Assembly: GCA_051362555.1 (NCBI GenBank)
Contig: CM120646.1
Span: forward strand, 15,624,001-15,688,000
Source: Lingula anatina
Taxonomy: Eukaryota > Animalia > Brachiopoda
DNA length: 64,000 nucleotides
Direction of reading: 5' to 3'
The notes under the pieces were generated by a model, which was given only the letters and a program-made list of their open reading frames with translations, was not told the DNA's origin and made no database searches. Within the stretch, counting starts at the first letter, position 1; every line of letters begins with the position of its first letter. This document shows positions 46,249 to 61,075 of the stretch, in pieces. Position numbers and translations under genes: made by a program.

Positions 46249-49200
46249 TACACACACACACACACACAATAGACTGCTGATGTTAACACTGTTATATTAT
46301 TTTCTAGTTATTTTTTTTTTTATTTCGGTGATGAACGAACTAAAAAATTTATGTTCAACAAAAATGCAATGGTGTAATTGTAACCTGGCTTCAATTTTTA
46401 TTTCCTGAAAGGTTGAAATGAAAATATGAATATATAGGAATGCCAATATTTCAACACACCTTAAGCAAATGAATAAAATATGCAAATTAGCAAATGTATA
46501 AAATATATATTAACATATAATGTTATAGCACTTTTGGAAAAAGATTTGCCACGATTCACTTTGTATTAATTATATAAAATTATTTACAATAAATTGCAAA
46601 TCTTTAAGGTATATTTTTATAAATTTTCACATTTCTATTATTTCTTCTGAGGTCATTAACATACAACTGTACATCTAGCGTCATATCATTATGCATATAT
46701 CCCTCGATTGAATTGTTAAGAGTTCAAAATAAGCATTGATTCTCATTAATAAGATTCTTTTAATTCAACGTGAATCATTCCCCGCCTTGGCTGTGTGTGC
46801 AATAAATGGAAACACTCGCATACAATATTACATGTCATGACAAAATAATGACGGACAATGACATAAAATGCACGTAATGACTTAAATGTCTGTGATAATC
46901 CGTAGTCTAATTGAGGCTAAAGGGGATTTGTTGAAATGATTTAAATGCTGACAACTTTTGCCCGGCATTTTAACGTGTCTATAAAAGAAAAATAAAGCAG
47001 TCGTTGGGGTTTTTGCACTAATTCAAGCCAAAAATTGAAATTGTTCAACAATTTCCACATCAAATTTGTTAGAATTAAATAATATGATGAAGTATGGTTG
47101 GAAAATAGTGATCAGGTAAAAAGTTTGCTTTAAATTTGCAGAATAGCATAGGATTTCGGTTAAACGCATCGAAATCTGGAAAACGCTTTAAAGTATATTT
47201 TGCATAAATTGAAGGCTGATTTCCAGGAATAAAAGTAATTTTATTTTATTTTATTTTATTTTATTTTATTTTATTTTATTTACTTTTGTCTCTTTAAAGA
47301 TAGACAATTTGTTACATTTGAACGAATTTAACACTGCAATTGAACATATGCAAAAACGAGCATTTATGAAAAATCATTGTTTGAAATATAAATAGAAGAC
47401 CGTTCAATTGGAAATCCGTCTGTGGATTAAAGAAGAAAATCTATTTCTTACTAAGCCAGTAATACTAGTTTTTCAAGAGCACTTTATATGACTACCGTAC
47501 CCGACGAAATAAATGTAGTCATAGCAGGGCACTTTAATGCAAACAGTGCCACAAATAGACTGTAAACTTTAAGGCAAAGGAGCCTGTCGAACCAACGGAT
47601 TTAAATATGGGCTTTACATTTTTGGTTCACATCGACTTTATGCATGTATTTGTAGATTTGTAGACCAAATAAAGATACATACATGTACAAACGTACAAAT
47701 TATTACCTACTTTGATATAGCTAAATATTTTAAATTTAATTTTCTTTTAATCCAGATATTTAAGTTTCGTAGTGCAAGTTTCGAAAGTGCGAAAACTTAT
47801 TTACAGTAAGGGGTTAAAACTGATCTGATATCTGCGTTTTAGTATGGCCCAAGACCTGAGAGACATTCATAGTGGATTGCCCACAATAGGCTTTCTGGTT
47901 ATTGCTGGCTTATTGTGATTGAAATCGAAAAGTAAAGATAAAAACATATTATGAGTTTGCAATAGTTTTGCAAAATATTTCATAAAGCCACTCGAAACTT
48001 TCTTACATAAAATTGACATAGACAAGTCTGAAGTATTATAAGAATTTTACAAAGAGAAGATAAATATTCTACACCTGTTCAGTATTAGATATGCATAAGT
48101 CCTAGATTATGAAAGCCTCAAAATTTTTCTTTATGTCTTTTAAAATGTGAAATAAATGTGAAATAATCCTAAAATATGTAATTGTTAATGGGTATCTCCA
48201 AAGACGAATAATAAGGATCGAGTAATTGCGATATATTATGTGCAAAGGCCGAAAATCTGGCATGGAGCTGATGTAAGAACAACATAATTTCTAGATCCAC
48301 AACGCCACGCGCTAGAGTAAGAATGTGTGACGCGTTGCTTCCTTATTCGACAACAATTATGTCCTCTGCTTTCGTTATCCTCAACTCATAAGGCGCTCGT
48401 TAGGCGCATATTAAATCAAAAAGGTTCAATTATAGATCGATTTAGTTTTTCAAATATTCTGTCAGCGGAATATAGTTATGCAAGTTTGTTGGTAACAGGG
48501 TGATTGACGGCAATCAATTACACATCCTACGTTATTGCCCGGCCAGTGCATTGTGGAGTTATTGGGTTCAGAATGGCCAGTGGTCGATAAGTTATGCTTT
48601 GCAATGGACTTCTGTGTTTTGAGATATAGGCATTAACTATAGAGAATGAAACTTAACTTGCAACATAACTACATATTGTAGAGAATGTAAAGAAAAGTAT
48701 TTGCAATATTAGTTTGAGACTATACATAGACTCGTATAGAAGTTTTAAAAGTTCTCCAAATTTTGTAATATAATTTTTAAAACTATATTAAGATTCATAT
48801 ACAAGTTGTAAAATTTTTTACTTCATTTAAGTGGTTGATTCTAAGCTTGTGTTTTGAGAAACTAAGAATACCGAGAGATTTAGAAAAATTCATCTGCACG
48901 TGAATATTGAATTCGAAAACGCAAAAGACTATTTTACGACAATTTGAGAATATGTTTACCTAAAATTACTTTATAGTAAAATTTATAGATAATTTTAATT
49001 AAAGTGAAATTTGAATTCGCGTGAAAGAGGTACCTTTATAGTACCTTTAATTTAAGTGAAAGTTGAATTAGCATGAGAGATGGATTTTAAGACAGAGGTA
49101 CAACATGGACAGTAGGCGTATTTTAAAGTTAATCCTAAAATAACGCGTTTAGCAGTGGAAAGTATAGCAACACGTTTAGCAATGAACTACACAAAAATAT

Positions 49201-50991
49201 CATAGAAAGGTACATTTAAGATTTTTATGTGAACACAATAATGTATTTTAGATTTTCACTGAGAGTTTCCCCAACTTATAACGCAGAATTTTTTCGTTTC
49301 AGCTTGTTAGCAGTAGCAGTAGCAGTAGTAGTAGAAGTAGTAGTAGTAGAAGCAGAAGTAAGATAAAGTAACTCGAAGGTCAAATCAGATATTTGGCCTG
49401 TACCATATGATTTTTTCTTTCTTTATTCGAATTGTTGCGTAAACAAGTAGGTATTCAAGCCTTAATTTACTTTTGATTACATTGCAGACTAAAGTTTCCT
49501 TTACAATTGGAATCCGCCTGTATCTGTGACCTTCTTGCATTTTGCAATATGCCATGTAACATGTACTTTTACATTAAAATTATGATATAATTCATTTCTA
49601 ATTAACGTGTTTTATCATTTTCATATATGTAGATGGTCTGGCAGTTTGTCCTGGTTGATGCATAAATTTAAGAATCCAGTGGGAATCATAGCTTTCGACA
49701 ACAATACAAATTACGAAAGTTAGAGGAGCACCGTAAGGTTGTACCAGTAGCTGCCGTTTACTTTGTATGTTACCGCTTTCACTTTCTGAAAGGCAAGAAC
49801 TATGGCATGCTCATTTAAGTCTAACATGACAGATATTTGTAACAGAAAAAAATTAACATCTCTCGTATCATGGAAGTGTTTTTCTACAATTCTGAATAAT
49901 AATAAAATATTCCAAATAAGATTAGGGATGATGAAACAGGACATAACCAATCCATCTGTTTGTTCGTTTGCCCATTATCAACAGCAAGTTATTCAGAAGA
50001 TTCCCCCTTTTTAAAATGTTGGTAATACATTACGCAATGACATCAGTACGGTTCAAACCAACCAATCTACAATTGGAAGAAAATTCTGTTTTCCTACTTG
50101 TAGCAAGTCAAGTGTAATAGGAGACCCACAATTTCATTATGAGCGCCGGGCACTATTATGCCCTCGTAAGGAAAAAAGAATTACTCATATTGACATTTTA
50201 CTACTATCGTAATACTGCTGGCGTTGTGCCTTCGGTCATTTTGCCAACACAGCCGATATTTATTAAAGAGGTAATCGCGGTTCTCTGGGCTTACATAATC
50301 CTGTGCCCACCCATCTCTTAGTTTACTTTGTCGCTTTTAATAAACCCAAGATATAGATCATCGTGTTATCGTTGAGGGAAAGAACTTGCCTCCTGAATGA
50401 ATTGGCTGCTGATGCAGATCAAAGTTGGTCAAGATTTGATCTATAGCCAGGGGCGGTAATGTGGACCGAAAGTATCCTTAAATGAAGTGTGTCCTAAAAA
50501 GGGCATATGCTGTTGCTAAGTGACCTGAATCTGGCTTCAAGCTTCCAAGCTTCTACTTTCACTTCTTTTTGCCCCGAACCTGTCCATGCTAATTGCCCTC
50601 TCTTAAAATATTACTTTGGCCATAATTTGTTATTCTAAATATAAAGTTCTTCAAAATTAATAGTAAATTTGTTCGTTGATAACATATGAATTGAAATATA
50701 AATACATATGTACCCCCTCCCTTTTTTTTTTTTTTTAGGACAAATGCAAAACAGAGATACTTAGATACTGTGCAGGACATTACAAAAGTATGTTAAGAAT
50801 AATAATAATACAAAAGGTATTGATAGAGCTTTTGTGTTAAACACATGCATGTTAAACACCACCATTAATAACTCAGATGATTAATTAAGGCATGTTTGGC
50901 AGATGGGAATATTTTATTCTTTGTAAGTTTTAAGTCAAAGAAACATTAAATAGAAGTAACGAAGCGCTGATGGGTGGTTTTAGTCCAAAAT

Positions 50992-51064
<73 letters not shown>

Positions 51065-54000
51065 TTTTGTATATAGAAGGCGAGCACATGGGAACTAAAC
51101 AAAAAATAACCCATTTTCAACAAATATGCTTTGAAATGGGGGTGCCCCTATCACAATGCATTTTGCATATTATTTGTTTCCCAAGTGGAAAATAATTTAG
51201 AATATTCTCTTACTCCCAAATCGACTGTGTTGTCAAGTTCAATTTTAAAAAGGGGGGGGGCATGGTCTAATTGTGTCCAAGTGGTCCAATTGTATGTATT
51301 CATTGAAGATGTTCTGCTCGTGCCTTGTTGGCATTACTGAAACAGACCTAGGTAAATGTTTGCACATATATCTAAATACATGAAACATATCTAAATTGTA
51401 TAAAAAGGAATGTCGTTTCAAGAGACAATTTAACCCTAAAAGCATGTTGTTATACTCCAAACCCTCAAAGAAAACAGGTTCATTGTCTCAAGAAACGTTT
51501 TCTTTTTTACCATCAAGAGACGATAAAATCTTCAGTAGTTTCTAGTATGCCATATATTTCGGTTCTTTAATTCAATAAGAAGTTCAACTTCAACGATCGC
51601 AACCATCCAAATCATGTTAATCTAGCCGAATTATTATAAACTGCCTTCTATAAAAGTCTTAAAGTTGGGTTTGGAGTCTGGAACCCCGGACCTGGGAACA
51701 AATATCACACGGAGAGACATTCCTATTTCAAATAAACGTCCAACAGTTGCTATTCAGATTCGTTCCCTGCATACAAACACAAATGAAACTTATTATGACG
51801 TTTTCACATGGGCTTGTCAAAGAGAAATTCTCAAGTTTCTTTAATCCGAAAACTGTCTTTACTCAACTGGATTGAAAACATCATGCAATTGTATGTGGGT
51901 AAATAAGGGGTTATTTACCGCTACATTACCTCAGGCGAAAGTTAGGGGGTTGTTGTTTGTATAAGAACAGATCTTAAATTGTGACCACACGGCCATTTTC
52001 CACTCTGGTACTTCATTACCGAGTTATGATACACTCACAGTTTTTAAAGGATAGCAATTTGGAGGCAAAGGTGCTTGTATTTTTGGGTTTTTTATTTTAA
52101 GTATTTCGCGTTTGCTGGTTTATGGCTTCAAATTGTTCAATTTCAGTTCTAAAACAGTACCTGTCGCGTGCAGGAACAGGTACTGTTCTTGTTAACGACA
52201 TACCGCTCCGTTTTCATTATATTGATATGTTCTTTGGTGATGTAACATTCCGTTTTTACAATACAAGGTTAAATCAAAGGATTAAATGACCCTTTGACTC
52301 TGGAAACCATTGTGCCTTTATGGCAAAGGTGTGAAAAGTTCCACAGTAAATCATTAAACGAGTCGAGCAGACCAAATAAGCGGCATGTTTTATCAATTAC
52401 TGCGGCACTGCCACCCGTGTGTCGCCCCGGGCTGTTTTTTCGTACCGTTTGAATACAGGCACTATGCAGTTCCATATTCCAGTGCTGAAAATTGTGCTGA
52501 GAAACCCCAAACTATGTTTGCCGTGGCATAGGATCTAAGCATCTGGGGTCCAATCAAACAAAAAAGGTGTCAAGCGATTATGTGCTTAAAGAAGATGCAG
52601 GTTTATAAACTTTATGGGTGACCAAGTCCATTTGGATGCGAATGAAACACTAAACGACTGTACCTATACAGTCGTAATAATATATTCACCTTGAGAATTG
52701 AAATTTATGCATACATTTTGGAAGTGTTAAGACATTTGAAAGCGTTGCTATTTTTTCGCAAACAAGGTGCAATCCAATCCCAACTAACGACATGACCTGT
52801 TACTCACGAAACATTTATTTAAGTGGCGATATCCAATTACAAACAATATCTTTTCTAAAATACTGTTATCACATTATAAATGTTCAGTTTAACATGGTTT
52901 GGGGGTATCTTTAATTAACAAAGGTGCAAATTCCTTTGCCTCTTTTAAGTGAGAAAATGGCTACATAAAGTCAAAAGCGACACTTTTGATTTCAACTTTT
53001 AATACACTTTTATATATTTATATTGGGATCCAATTGTATGAAATAGCAAACCGTCTTACTGGCGGTCTGAAATTGTTGAAAACAGTTGCTTTATGCATTT
53101 TGTACAAAACAACATACAGTTACAAATATGAATGCTTTCTTTCTTGGTAAACCTTATCACAAAATTGGTGTGCCACAAATAATAAGTTGAATGAAAAATA
53201 TGTTACATTCATATTCTTCTGCGTCTTGTTTTTAAGCTGGGTAAATTAGCAGTTTTTGAAAAATCTTGATTTGCAATGTAAGATTTCAATATGATTCTTC
53301 CATTTTTTATCAAAATTATTGATTTGTTGTACTTGAATTTTGCATCACTTTGTTGTGATTTGTGATAAACCATTTGATAAACCATCTGATTAGATATTAT
53401 ATGTATTTCAAAAAGTGTAGTGCATGCAGCATTGGTTCTTTGCAGGGTTTGCAGAGCCCATATAATTCACTAACATAAGATCATAGCAACCAAGCTAGTA
53501 ACTAATAAGAACTAAGATAATAAATAAGTTTGTTTTATAGATGCCATGCAAAATGCAGTAGCACATGTAATTTGCTGTGTTGAACTTTCAAAATGTGTTA
53601 TATTAAATATCAGTATTATAACCGGATATATTAGTGTTATTATATCTGGTGTTTTATAGGACTCCCCTTGCCAAGCTTGCACAGAACCGAGAGTCATATT
53701 CGCCATTGCCGTCGTCGGAAAGCGAGAACCGTCTTCAGTGATGAGCAACTGAGTGGACTGGAAAAACGTTTTGAAAATCAGAAATACCTCTCTACGCCAG
53801 AGAGAATAGAACTTGCCACACAGCTGAACCTTTCAGAAACGCAGGTACTAATGACCATTTATCAGAACATAATTCAGTCCAGTAATAGTCAGATGGAGCA
53901 AAGATATCTGGTTGTCTGATTTTAATTAATTTTTGAGGAAATTGTACTTAAATTATCATGAATGCCATAAATTGGTTAAAGTTATCTATTATCATTTCAC

Positions 54001-54229
54001 ATTTAAGGTGAAAACGTGGTTTCAAAATCGACGCATGAAGCAGAAGAAAGTCCTCCGAGCCGAAAAACTTACAGGGATAACCGGTGGAGTTCGCTCCCGT
54101 TCCCCAGAGGAAAATGACACCCCCTTCAGTCGAGAGTCCACTAACGCCGACTCCGGGAGCGACACCTCTTCAAACGCCTTTGAGGACTTGGAGGAAGAGA
54201 GAGCGACGCTGGACGTATGTAACGAATGA
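42116..54229 (+). CDS. BSX: Brain-specific homeobox protein (Bsx/bsh), ~228 aa, 3 exons
   Basis: Exons 42116-42395, 53660-53844, 54008-54229; phases 1 and 0 are consistent. Homeodomain [47 protein letters not shown]|[14 protein letters not shown] matches the Bsx signature ([11 protein letters not shown]-x-QL-x-GLEKRFE-x-Q-x-YLSTPER). Exon 1 carries an eh1-type motif FNIDDIL (42140-42160) and a Pro/Tyr-rich segment. Confidence 0.93.
44851..44928. repeat. (GT)n(GA)n compound microsatellite
   Basis: Directly visible. Confidence 0.95.
46196..46268. repeat. (CT)n(CA)n compound microsatellite
   Basis: Directly visible. Confidence 0.95.
47238..47282. repeat. (ATTTT)n microsatellite
   Basis: Directly visible. 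Confidence 0.9.
50994..51061. repeat. (TA)n microsatellite
   Basis: Directly visible. Confidence 0.95.
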
Positions 54230-57200
54230 TTCAAAAGCACGATTCAAATGATTCAAAAGCAAATTGCTTGATGATGCCCTGGTGCCCTTCCTGTTATTCG
54301 TGTCGTTTGAATACCTGTGCATGTATGGTGATAAACTGAGATAACAAGCACTTCTTGGTGATTGGTCATCATAGATAGAGGTTCATATCACTATCCATTG
54401 TTGGTGAGAGTTATTTGCTACAGGTCATAATTTCGGTAGCCACTTAAGAGCGATTTCCCGCTACGAAATTGGGCGTAATCGAAGTGTTCCATGCAAGACC
54501 TCGATACATCTGAAGTAGAAGAGTTTTTAAATTGGTATTTCCACAACCAATACCTTTAATAAGGTATCATTACCCGTTAAAAGTTGTGAAGGTTAGAATG
54601 TCAAATAAGTATCTTATCCAGATTCGAAGGCACTATAGGCTTAATCAATAACAGATTTTAGACTATAATGGCATTCCAGGGCATGTCGCTTTTATTATCG
54701 TTGACGTTAAATTGAATCTAGGGGCTCAAAAGTTATGAAATTATGATTTTTTGGCATCTTCTGTTCGTTAACTTTGAACATAATTTCAAGGTAAACATAT
54801 TTTGTCCAATCATATATGATATACTATTGTGTTAAATTTTAGTTACACAATTTTTGATGATATAAGTGGCTGAGGCTGTCGCTGACGTCATCCTGTGTGT
54901 TAGTTGAGTTTTTTATGTTAGGGGAAACAATTCGAGGCGTAGGGCCTACATGAAGGTAGGAGGTTAAGATAATTATTTTAGGATTCACACGATAGCTGAA
55001 GAAAAACAATTGCGAGGGGAAGGAAAATATTTGGTAACGCAAAAAAGAAAACAACCACATCTAATCCAAGCAATTAGAAAAAAAAATGTCCAAAAAGTGA
55101 TATTTAACATTATATGTTGTATTTAGGTATGCAATTTGAAACATGTCATTATCATAAAGAGTGGCGTAAAGATGAAGCTTTACATTTGAAAGATTTCTTT
55201 TAACAAAAGTTTATTTCTATGTAAAAGAACATCTAGTGATTCATATCTCATATGGCCAAGTGACAAATGATCTCTAAAGCAGACGATTTGACTTTCATCA
55301 TGTCTAAATGAAGGTTATGTGTAGGGACTTTGCATTGGATGAAAATATACTTGAAGATGATGTATCGTTTCGCAGGCCGAACGATAAATATTCGGATTGG
55401 TATGTTAATGTTGTATCAATGAATGAATGTTGGCACTCCAGTATATGTACAATTATTGTCTCGAATTAATCCCGTACAGAAATCGATGTTGACATCCAAT
55501 CTTATAGAACTGTCAGAGTCAGTAGCTTAGACGCTCCGTTACATTTCATACAAATTTAAAACTCGCTCATACACGTGGTGCTAATTAAGTCAAAACGTGT
55601 CCAAAACGTCTAGGAAGTCGTCCGTTCGGATACAGCTGTAAGAATGACAGACACCAATATAAGGAACCTAATGCAGTATTTTGACGAACCTACCTTGTTA
55701 TCATTATATTCAGAGATACTGACCAAGTATGTATCTTTCTGATGTCTTCTTCAAAATAATGAAAAACTTTTACAACAACTTATCTCAGGGCTCTTATTGT
55801 TATATTTGTGCGGGTCGTATATATTTTTTAAATTTTATCTTGGATTTAAGAGAATGCACACGTAATTCGATAGCGTAGAATATGTTATACATCTGTGATA
55901 TGTTTTGTATACACACTCCATAAATAAACGTACAGAATAGTGTTTTGATGCCAAATGTTCATATAGTAATATTAGTCGTTTGACTAGACTAGATGCTGTG
56001 CCTGAACAGACGCTTGTCCAGTGGTTTTTATTTCCCAGGTAAGCTAAACTTGGTTTGAAATCATATCGTGATAGCACAATATATTCGGGTTACTTTCAAG
56101 GTAGTCTTCCCCAAAAACCAATGGGTAATAAAAGCACTAGAGAGCGCTGAAGTCTGCGAATTTTCATATCAATCACACTCTCCCTTAAAATGGGATACTT
56201 GTGGCGTTTCACTTCGTTTGTATCATTATCCATAGTCTAATCAGTGTTATTAATGGGAAACTATACACAATTAAAATTCAATGCGTTATTGAAGGTGTAC
56301 ATGGTTCTATGATGTTTATTTTGTCTCAAATTATGCTTATTTTGTCTCGGGTGTTTCTTTCATTTATGCTGTTTAAATCATCATAATTATCATTATAACC
56401 AATCTCAGTAAAGAAGAAATTTTATTTTCGGGATAAATTCAAAAGGCGATGGCAAAAAAATATTATTTGCAGTCAGGTCCAAGAGGACAAGTAATAAGTG
56501 CAGAGATAAGATCGGGTACAGCAAGGGTGCAAATCAACACTTTTTTCTCAAGAGGCTAATGGTTATAAGAAATCAATAAGTGAAACTCAAGTTTTCATTT
56601 ATTTGGAATTATAATGTGAAAAGGACAAAATGAGCGGATTATGTGAGTCTACATTGGCAAGTGATCACTTAATCACTGTTACCAGAGACAAACGAGGAAT
56701 GATATATGTCGCTTGCGATGATTATAAGATTGTCCTTCAGATTTGTTTCAAGGCACATACGTAAGTGTTATTGGGGTTGGATGAAAACAGATGATTAACG
56801 ATATATCACCGTATATCATTTGTTCCAAAATACCCCAGACAGCGTAACAAATTTGTCATAATTTGGATCCAAATTTCCAACCAAAAAATAACTTTCTTCA
56901 TCAATCACTGAAAATTTTAAGATACAGTATGCCACAATCGGCTAACTGATTACGGTAAGTACTAACCGTGAATCCTTTCAGAATTTGAATAGGCTTGTAG
57001 GACTTCAGGTGGGCCACAGATGATCTTAATCTTGCTTAAAGATCCAATCTCCCATATGCACGTGGTCATTTACCAGGGGTCAACGGCCTTATTGTCCATG
57101 GAGATGTTAAAGCATATTCACGTAAATATATCAATCCGTAACAGCATTTATACTCTGTGGTGAATAAACCAGTGAAAACATGTTCAAACAAAAGAGGATA

Positions 57201-60200
57201 AATTTCAACATTTTAAACACATTTAAACAAAGTAATAATAGCAGGATGCAAAATTTGATATTTGGGGCAAAGCAAGGCCTATCTACCCTCGAGCTATGTC
57301 CTATTTCCATGCACAGATTATCTGAACATCTTGGACCCATTTTGCGCATCTTTTGCTGACTTTGGCACCCTTCAATAATGCTATGACCCAATGGTTTTTG
57401 AGGACGACCAACTTGGAGTGAACCTTTACGTGTTACTGCACTTTCATCAAACCAAACATAGGTTGGTGAGGTTATTAGAAATATATGCCGGGCTTTCATC
57501 GTCTAGCCTTTTACCGGATAGAGAAGTTTAAGTCACTTCTTTTGTTTTCAGTTTTTCCACATTATTAATACAAGTGGTTTATTATATGGTTTATTAAGAT
57601 TTACAAAAGTAGGTTTCACAATTAAACTATTGTGAATGTCAGTATTCTAGTTTTTTGCCAAAGAGTTATTTGCGACACAATATTAAATACACCATAGGCC
57701 GTCCTTCTTTGCATGGACAGAAGTAGGTATCACATATGTTATTTGTTATATATAGTATGTGAAAGAAACACGATGGTGCAACGCTGTTGATGTTGACGTT
57801 TGTTGTATTGATCATCGCCCGTGTTCTTACGGGTTTTGTTGAAGATCAATAAATGTTATAGTCATGAAAGTGGCATTTGTCGTTCATCACAAATTTGAAA
57901 AAGTGGGTGGTGTGTGAAAAGCAACAGTTAACTGGGTGGAATGGATATTTGCAAAATCTGAAGTACTTATCGAAATAAACAGTGTAATTTTTTTTCAAGA
58001 GAATAAATGAAATATTTATATGTATATTATAAAAATAGCATACCTTTTATTGAAATATTTTACTTACAAGTACAAATATGCTTTATAACCTAAATTCACA
58101 TTTCATGTTTGCATTTCCGAACAACAAAAGTAAAATGGTAAAAACTTAAAATGTGCAGTGTATCTCAACATGGTATAGATCTTTCAAATATATGCATATT
58201 TATTATGCTATTTGGGTACAAACTGATGTAATCGACGTAAATATGAAGTATAAAACACCCAATCCCTGCCCTGCAGTGGAAATTATACAGAAGAGATAGG
58301 GGAAGAGTAACATACATATTCCACCTTTTTAGAAATGGTCAAAATTGGGGAAATCATTTAGGGTCAACAGATTCAAACATATACTGTGTCGCACCATACA
58401 TGCAAATTAATATACATGCCAGAATGGGTTTGATATTTACCAATCCATTGTTACCATTGTGCTTCCAGTTCTCTCCTGCTGCCATCCCTATTGTATAGCC
58501 CAGCGTGTTTGGCCGTTAATCCCTTGCCACTTGGTACACACATTAAACTCTTGAGTAAACCCGTTAGTGCTCGTTATCACATTATGCCTAGTCTATTTAA
58601 GCTTGGGTGGGGCAGGTAGAGCACTTTTTTATTTGGAACCGGTTCATCTTCATTTCGTTACACGTACAGGTGATAATGTCCACAATATTGCGCATGCAGC
58701 GCTAAAATATATCTCTGATCGATTTTACATCGGTGTGATGAGACACCGCTGTAAAATCTGAATGTTAAGCCAGACAGAAGATGAATTTGGTAATTGCGTT
58801 CTGGAACAAAAGAAAAGGTGCAAGATGTGACAGAAGTTATGCATTAACATCCACCTGTACGATTTCTCTCGGTTTTAGTTGTTAAAATTAAAGTAGGGCA
58901 TTAAACAAAGTCTTCACTGGGAACGCAAAGTAAACTTTCAAGCATGTATCAGATTCCGTGAGCAGAACGCCCCAGTCTCTGAAGAGGAAAGAACCTTTGA
59001 TGATGACGATACCACAGCTATTATTGTAACTAAGATCCAACAACCACGATTTTCTAGGACAATGCCATTTAAATTTTAGTTATCATGTTTTAAATGTGTT
59101 AAAAATTCCATTTTCATATTTTAACTTTATTCAAAAATAAGATAAATTAATTATACATATTGCAACCCGTTTCCCCCTAGCCTCGCTCTTTCCACCAACC
59201 CATTACCCCTTTGCTGTCATTATAATTACATTAAGGATATTTGCTGAAATAACCTTTCACAAAGGTTCACAATGCGGGTGTGTTGGTTCAGCTCTAGATT
59301 TAAGCCGCAGTGGGTAGAATTAAACTGTTGGATATTGTTCGTCCTTCTCAAATGTTAAAGGAAGTCGCGTAAAATATTGTACAACTTAAGCTCTTTTGGA
59401 ATTGTTGAAAAAGGATCAGTCTGAAGGGCCATTAACGTCTCTCTCAATCTTTGATTCTGGGGGTTGGCATTGTGTTCTCCCGTTATGAATATATTACTAG
59501 AAAAGGCTGTCGGTAGTGAATACAAAAAGACGTTCTTTACAAATGGGCATTCTCAAATGGTTTCAGTTTGAGGTTTTAATCACTGGTTTCAGTTTGAGGA
59601 ATCTTATGACGGCAAACTGGTCGTGTAATGTTTAAACAGTTTTAATTTATTGAAATGGCAACAGTTGACATTTGATAAACACATTTTGCGATTCAGGATT
59701 GTTACAATGATACTTCAATTGCAATTTTATGCAGTTCTTAAGAATTAACTTAAATGCTCTTTACATATACTCTGGAATTAAAGCATTTTAGCTGCAAATC
59801 ATTAATAATAAAAAGCATTATAATCATTATTATCTAAAAAGATGAATACCAACATAGATGATTCACAACTCATCAATAAGGGAAGTGCAATCGTCTTGTA
59901 AACGCTCTTTCGATAGACGTCCTTGGAGCATTTAAGGATACAGGTATAGACTCGATTGCTGAAAGTTGGTACCTTGTTCTGGCTGAGAAAAACATCGGGC
60001 AAATTAATTCTAATCCATTTCTTTTCCCCTATTTCCGGCTCAAAATCTATTCACGCCATTATCGTGTAGAATTACAAGGCCTACTGTAAATTGACACATG
60101 AAATTATCTTTAGTAAAAAAAAAGAATGCTCAATGACAAGTCCAATCGGAAGCATCATTTTAGATAAAAGAAAATGTTTGTCATACAGTATGTTTTATAA

Positions 60201-61027
60201 CACTGCATTTTAATTGCTCTGTTTATTGCTCTGTTTATCTGCTCAAGTTTATAGGCATATTAAAATAGTGTATCTGATTAGTATTGTTAGCGACGCGGTG
60301 AGTTATTGTTTTTAAAAAATTAAATTTTACACCAGTTTAATTGTTTACAGTCTTTTTCGACTTATAATCCATGGCGACGTTCCCTCACAAAGTGATGTTT
60401 TGCGCTCACTTAGTATGAGATAAAAAAACAGATTACCAACATTACACTGTTAAAAACGTAGCCTTCAATTACACATTGCGTTTTTTAAATTTTAGTGATC
60501 CCAGGTGTTAACATTTTTTATTAAAATCATGAAATGTGTTTACGTTTTAAAAACAACTTGGTAGATCGTTCTACACATAAAACGTAATATTGTTTTAGCC
60601 AGTGATTTTATATTAAAAGTGGGATGTAGCGATGTGTAGCGAAAATTTTGTCTTTTTAACACAGCAGTACTAAAGAATAATCTTACAGAAGGAAGTCTTA
60701 ACAGTATAGAAAAATACAGCTAAAGGTAATCACAAGACGGTTGCTTTTGTCCAATACAATTGGAGAGACAAAGTGAGATTGGCCAAAAACAATTCTTGGG
60801 CATCAGGACGTACAACAAAGCTTAAAAATATTCTAAATTTTATGTAATAACAAAAATAAAAGGGCAAAATAAGACAATAACAAAGTTAAGCTGTCTCAAT
60901 GATAAAACTAAGCTTTGTCAAGGCTAGGCCAAGGCGATTATATTCTTATACTTTCAATGATTTAGGGAACATTTACATGTCTGCTTTCACAACCAAGACC
61001 ATGTGGCGCAACTAACGCAATCACTGC

Positions 61028-61030
<3 letters not shown>

Positions 61031-61073
<43 letters not shown>
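61031..61073. repeat. (CA)n microsatellite
   Basis: Directly visible. Confidence 0.95.
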
Positions 61074-61075
<2 letters not shown>

